Positions 60,064 to 64,000 of a stretch of 64,000 nt of DNA are shown here, piece after piece (the stretch's first letter is position 1; each line of letters begins with the position of its first letter). The notes below the pieces were generated by a model. It was not told the DNA's origin. It ran no database searches and worked only from the letters and a program-made list of their open reading frames with translations. Position numbers and translations under genes: made by a program. Source of the stretch: Clostridia bacterium (GTDB lineage Bacteria; Bacillota; Clostridia; DUPQ01); assembly GCA_030592085.1 (NCBI GenBank), contig JAUUZV010000001.1:807-64806 (forward strand), in the 5' to 3' direction.

Positions 60064-62583
60064 TTATTTTTTCTTTAATTTTATTATCAATGTTACTACT
60101 CCTATTAAAAGAAATCCCCCAACAATTAACCAAACCCACCAATAATTACCAGGACTACTAAATACCGGATCACAATTACGAGTTCCTCCATATTCTATAC
60201 AAATATCTACACAATCAAAATCACAACTTCCACCACAATCTCTGCCATCTTCGTCACCATCTACAATGTGATTATAACAATGATCTGGAGCTCGTTGTTT
60301 ACTACAATCTTTATCTTTTCCATAAGTCTCTAAACAAATTCCACCACAATCAATACCATCTTCATCTTGATTTTGTCTACCATCAAAACAACTAACACAA
60401 TCTTCTTTAACATCAACTAATTCTGAAACTGGTGGTCTATTCCTAAAGTCATAAATTTGAGCTATGTCAATTGGTTTACACCCAGGCCCCGAACTTCCAA
60501 ACTTACAAACATAATTACATACAGGTACATCAAGCCACACCATATTATTAATTTGTGCTGGTAAAATTAAATTTGGAAGATTTTTATAATCACATAAATA
60601 ATCATTTAAACTTACCATCTTCTTAAAATCAACACAAATTGGTTTTATATTTCCCATTTCAAGACATGATAGTGCACAATCTTTATTTCCGTCACATTGT
60701 CTAACACAGTCTTCATGTGCAATCATATCTAAAAACGCAATTCTTTTATCTTCAGTATTTATTAAATCATAATCAACACATTCTTGAAGATTTGTCAACC
60801 AAAACTCATCACTTTCACATGGCACTAATGGATATGATGTTGTGGCATAACATCCATATTCTGTAAATATCATTCTATCTTCTGGAATTCCATATTGATC
60901 ACACATTGGATTTATAACAACTCTAAATGTTTTACTATCAATGTTTTTTGGGTGTGATACAGACTTTACTGAAGCTATACAAGTTTGAATAATCCCTTCA
61001 CCACTAATTACTAACTCAGCTACACTTTTACTATCTGCTGCTATTGTTAATCTTTTACTTTGTTGTGATATTGCAAATGGACATTCTAAATTTACGTCAA
61101 AACTATCGTCTTCAGTTCCAGCATTTTTAACACCAATAAATATTTTACTAAGCATATTTGAATCAATACTAATATCAGTTGTTATACCATCAATAGCTAA
61201 ATTTTTATCATCTGAAATTCCTAAAATTTCTGGTTTTCCTTCTGGTATAAAAATTCCAACTTTACTTGCTCTAATAGTCAATTTCAATAATGGATAAACA
61301 ATACTTGTTTCTGTATCACATTCATATACATTTTTATCTTCATTAAAGAAACAGTCTCCTGTCTTAATTTCAGAATCTAAACTATGATACAAAGATTTTA
61401 AAGTGGTATATTTTGTAAATGTAGAATCTGCTCCAATTGCTGGATCGATAGCTGTTACTGTAGTTGGTGTAACAAGAGTATATGTATAATAATTATTATC
61501 TATTCTTGATAATTCATTTAAATTATCTAAATAGCTTTGAAAATTACTTCCTGCTCCATTATCTACCGTCTTAATTTCTTGTGTGTCTATATTTTTAATA
61601 AGAGCGTTATATATTGCAGGCTGAGGACAAAATTGTGTTCCTACTAAATTCCCTGCCCATTGAATCTTTCCTAATTCTCCTAATTCAACAACCATATCAT
61701 TCTCAGTAATTACTCCTTCAAAAATTTCTCCACTTTCTAGTGTTATTTTTACTCTTGCTTTATAACTTACTAAAGGTGTAGTAGAAATATCATAAACACC
61801 ATATTGTGGAAGTAAACTTATATGTTGAACTCTCCAGTCACCATTATCTACTGCAACACCCGTTGTAGCTATACTTTCAAAACAACAAAGACCAGGTTTT
61901 TCTTCCCATCCAGGTGGTAATTTTGATTGTACTATAGTATTACAATCACTACCACTACATACTCCACAGCCTTCATGATATGGAGGATGAGATCTACATA
62001 ATATTTGTTTTGAATTAGTTGAAAGTAATTGACATTCACCAGGAAGAACTGTATTACTTTCTTCTGGAAACCAACCACACCATTCACTATGAGTTCCTTG
62101 TGTAACCTGATCTAAATCAACCATCCGTTCGCAATTTTCTATTCCATCTTCTTGACAAGCATAAATTACATCATCTAAATCAACAGCTTGAAATGGACAT
62201 GGAAATCCTAAACATTGTTCTTGAATCCAATAATCATATAATTGGCCTATAACTTCATCACTTTTTTCAATATTATAATTACATGAAACATCATCCAAAT
62301 TAAATTCAATTTTAAATTTAGATGCAGGCACATTCTTTAAATTATATCTAACAATATCCTCAGCACTTATCTCACCTACAACACTTTCTGCACCCTGATT
62401 CATTGATAATGCAATCACCCATTCAGTACTTTCAGATGCCCCATAAGTTTCTACTGAATCAATAGAAAATATTGTAGCACCACCTTGAATAGTATCTATT
62501 GAAAATGGTTTAAATACTACTAAACCTAATAAAGCAACTAATAAAAGTACTATAAATATATTTCTGATTGCGTGTTTTGCCAT
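60064..62583 (-). CDS. Candidate fusexin (Fsx1/HAP2-like class II membrane fusogen)
   Basis: Ordered motifs KIQWAGNL, IVYP...P.GKPEI, VKNAG...SF...C, TC...V...DS; Cys-rich stalk; C-terminal TM. Confidence 0.7.
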   Translation of the reverse strand: MAKHAIRNIFIVLLLVALLGLVVFKPFSIDTIQGGATIFSIDSVETYGASESTEWVIALSMNQGAESVVGEISAEDIVRYNLKNVPASKFKIEFNLDDVSCNYNIEKSDEVIGQLYDYWIQEQCLGFPCPFQAVDLDDVIYACQEDGIENCERMVDLDQVTQGTHSEWCGWFPEESNTVLPGECQLLSTNSKQILCRSHPPYHEGCGVCSGSDCNTIVQSKLPPGWEEKPGLCCFESIATTGVAVDNGDWRVQHISLLPQYGVYDISTTPLVSYKARVKITLESGEIFEGVITENDMVVELGELGKIQWAGNLVGTQFCPQPAIYNALIKNIDTQEIKTVDNGAGSNFQSYLDNLNELSRIDNNYYTYTLVTPTTVTAIDPAIGADSTFTKYTTLKSLYHSLDSEIKTGDCFFNEDKNVYECDTETSIVYPLLKLTIRASKVGIFIPEGKPEILGISDDKNLAIDGITTDISIDSNMLSKIFIGVKNAGTEDDSFDVNLECPFAISQQSKRLTIAADSKSVAELVISGEGIIQTCIASVKSVSHPKNIDSKTFRVVINPMCDQYGIPEDRMIFTEYGCYATTSYPLVPCESDEFWLTNLQECVDYDLINTEDKRIAFLDMIAHEDCVRQCDGNKDCALSCLEMGNIKPICVDFKKMVSLNDYLCDYKNLPNLILPAQINNMVWLDVPVCNYVCKFGSSGPGCKPIDIAQIYDFRNRPPVSELVDVKEDCVSCFDGRQNQDEDGIDCGGICLETYGKDKDCSKQRAPDHCYNHIVDGDEDGRDCGGSCDFDCVDICIEYGGTRNCDPVFSSPGNYWWVWLIVGGFLLIGVVTLIIKLKKK

Positions 62584-62668
62584 TTTTAATCATCTCCATA
62601 ATTTTGTTTGAATACTTATGATTGTGAATTTATTAATTTAAAAAATAAAAAAAATAATTAAAATAAAT

Positions 62669-63007
62669 TTATTCTAATTTTGCTGCTAAAGTTGTTACTG
62701 CAACAGGTATTGCTACAGGTACGCTTAAAAATGCAATTCTAGATAGAACAGCTTCTAAAACAATACCAATACCAGGTAGAATTGATAATATTCCACCACC
62801 AATTCCAAGCACAAGTGCTGAAACCATAACTGCAGTCACTTCTCCTTTTGCGATATTTAGCAGACCAATTAATAGACCAGCTACAACTAACACAATAGGA
62901 ACCCACATTATTTCAGGCATAACATTAAGACCCTCAAGCAATCCAACTATAATCGCACCGATAAAGCCTACAATGTATAATATACCACTTAATCCAAGTT
63001 TATTCAT
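62669..63007 (-). CDS. Hydrophobic membrane protein
   Basis: GLLIGLLNI..GEV, LPGIG; strong RBS and own terminator. Confidence 0.7.
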   Translation of the reverse strand: MNKLGLSGILYIVGFIGAIIVGLLEGLNVMPEIMWVPIVLVVAGLLIGLLNIAKGEVTAVMVSALVLGIGGGILSILPGIGIVLEAVLSRIAFLSVPVAIPVAVTTLAAKLE

Positions 63008-63024
63008 TTTATTTTTCGCCTCCT

Positions 63025-63331
63025 TTAGTTTTTATGTTTTTTCATTAGTATTGCTGCTATTATAACTAATATCATTGCAACAACACTTAGCAAGAAAAAA
63101 ATAACTTCCTTACTTAATGTAATATCTAAATTCATTTTATTTTAGTTCACCTCACTGAAGCTTAATAAGATGTTTTAAAATATCTACTACTGATATTATC
63201 AATAACAATAATATATACAATACAAAATCTGGTAATCCATAAACATTTTGTAAAAATATAACTACCGCAGCTGTTGATAAAATCCAACCAAGCCAATGTT
63301 TCCAATCAAATATTAATTCTTTTATGTTCAT
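63025..63331 (-). CDS. Two tiny TM ORFs (63025-63135, 63152-63331)
   Basis: 36 and 59 aa, hydrophobic. Confidence 0.55.
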
Positions 63332-63999
63332 TTTATTACTCCTGTAAAATCCAAGATTATTTTTTGGTCTTGTGTATATTCATATCCATATCTATCTTTT
63401 AATAATGATTGAAAGAATGTTTTCCAATGATTTCTGTTAGCATTAGTCTTTGAATGACAACTATTACATAAAGTAACAAGATTTTGTGGAAAACTATTTT
63501 TTTTATCATAATCCACATGATGTATATGTATTTTCCTATTCAATAATATTAAATCATCAAATGAAATATTACACACCAAACATATCATATCTCGTTCTTT
63601 TATTTTTCGCTTGATTTTTTTATTAAAATCTAATGTATATGGTTCATATGATTTACCACCCTGCCAATTACCAGGCAAAAAACCATTTTTCAATCTATGA
63701 TTTTGACTCATTAATTGTCTAATTTTATCTGAATGATTTTTATTTTTCATACCATAATTATCGATTTTTTTATGACACTCAATTATAGACTTACTTAATT
63801 GTTTTAACCTATCGTCAACTTCTTTATTTAACCCTTTACTCCAAGGTATAATATTTCCACTAGCATATTTTTCTTTTTGTTTAACACTAAATGCTTCTCG
63901 TTTTTCCTTACTCCATTTATTGCCAAAATTTGGATTATTCTCGCCTAATTGTGTAATTTTAGCATATTCATGATAACATTTTTGATTACAATAATTATC
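63328..63999 (-). CDS. HNH endonuclease with NUMOD3-like N-terminus, truncated at the right edge
   Basis: CLVC, IHHVDY, NLVTLCNSCH; the frame stays open upstream of the track start (GENNPNFG, PWSKG). Confidence 0.85.
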   Translation of the reverse strand, partial: DNYCNQKCYHEYAKITQLGENNPNFGNKWSKEKREAFSVKQKEKYASGNIIPWSKGLNKEVDDRLKQLSKSIIECHKKIDNYGMKNKNHSDKIRQLMSQNHRLKNGFLPGNWQGGKSYEPYTLDFNKKIKRKIKERDMICLVCNISFDDLILLNRKIHIHHVDYDKKNSFPQNLVTLCNSCHSKTNANRNHWKTFFQSLLKDRYGYEYTQDQKIILDFTGVIK

Positions 64000-64000
64000 T

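Overview
This window is an AT-rich, gene-dense, virus-like archaeal mobile element. No ribosomal proteins, rRNA or tRNA genes were seen. It uses GGTGA/GGAGG ribosome-binding sites, TATA-type promoters and oligo-T terminators. Several surface-protein motifs (MDFLMTYGWAIL pilin-like helix, CxDSDGG repeats, PEF-CTERM) suggest a DPANN-like host, by inference. There are three blocks. (1) Minus strand, 1-13.2 kb: membrane/envelope genes, including a membrane-anchored JAB/JAMM protease, many tiny TM peptides, and two paralogous coat-like proteins flanking a CPBP protease. (2) Plus strand, 13.4-43.8 kb: primase-helicase with a putative origin, a 7-deazaguanine cluster (queD, queE, folE2, second T-fold protein, TGT/DpdA-like protein, PRTase; no queC seen), a split family-B polymerase, a candidate Ubl + E1 locus, a histone, regulators and an FtsK/HerA-type ATPase. 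(3) Minus strand, 43.8-64 kb: signal peptidase, GT2, a candidate structured RNA, a serine resolvase, large adhesin-like proteins, a zincin, an HNH endonuclease and an 839-aa protein whose motifs resemble the archaeal fusexin Fsx1 (HAP2/class II fusogen). No HK97 capsid, portal or terminase was recognised. The best hypothesis is an enveloped, fusogen-bearing archaeal virus or virus-like element. All family calls come from reading motifs by eye, with no database searches.
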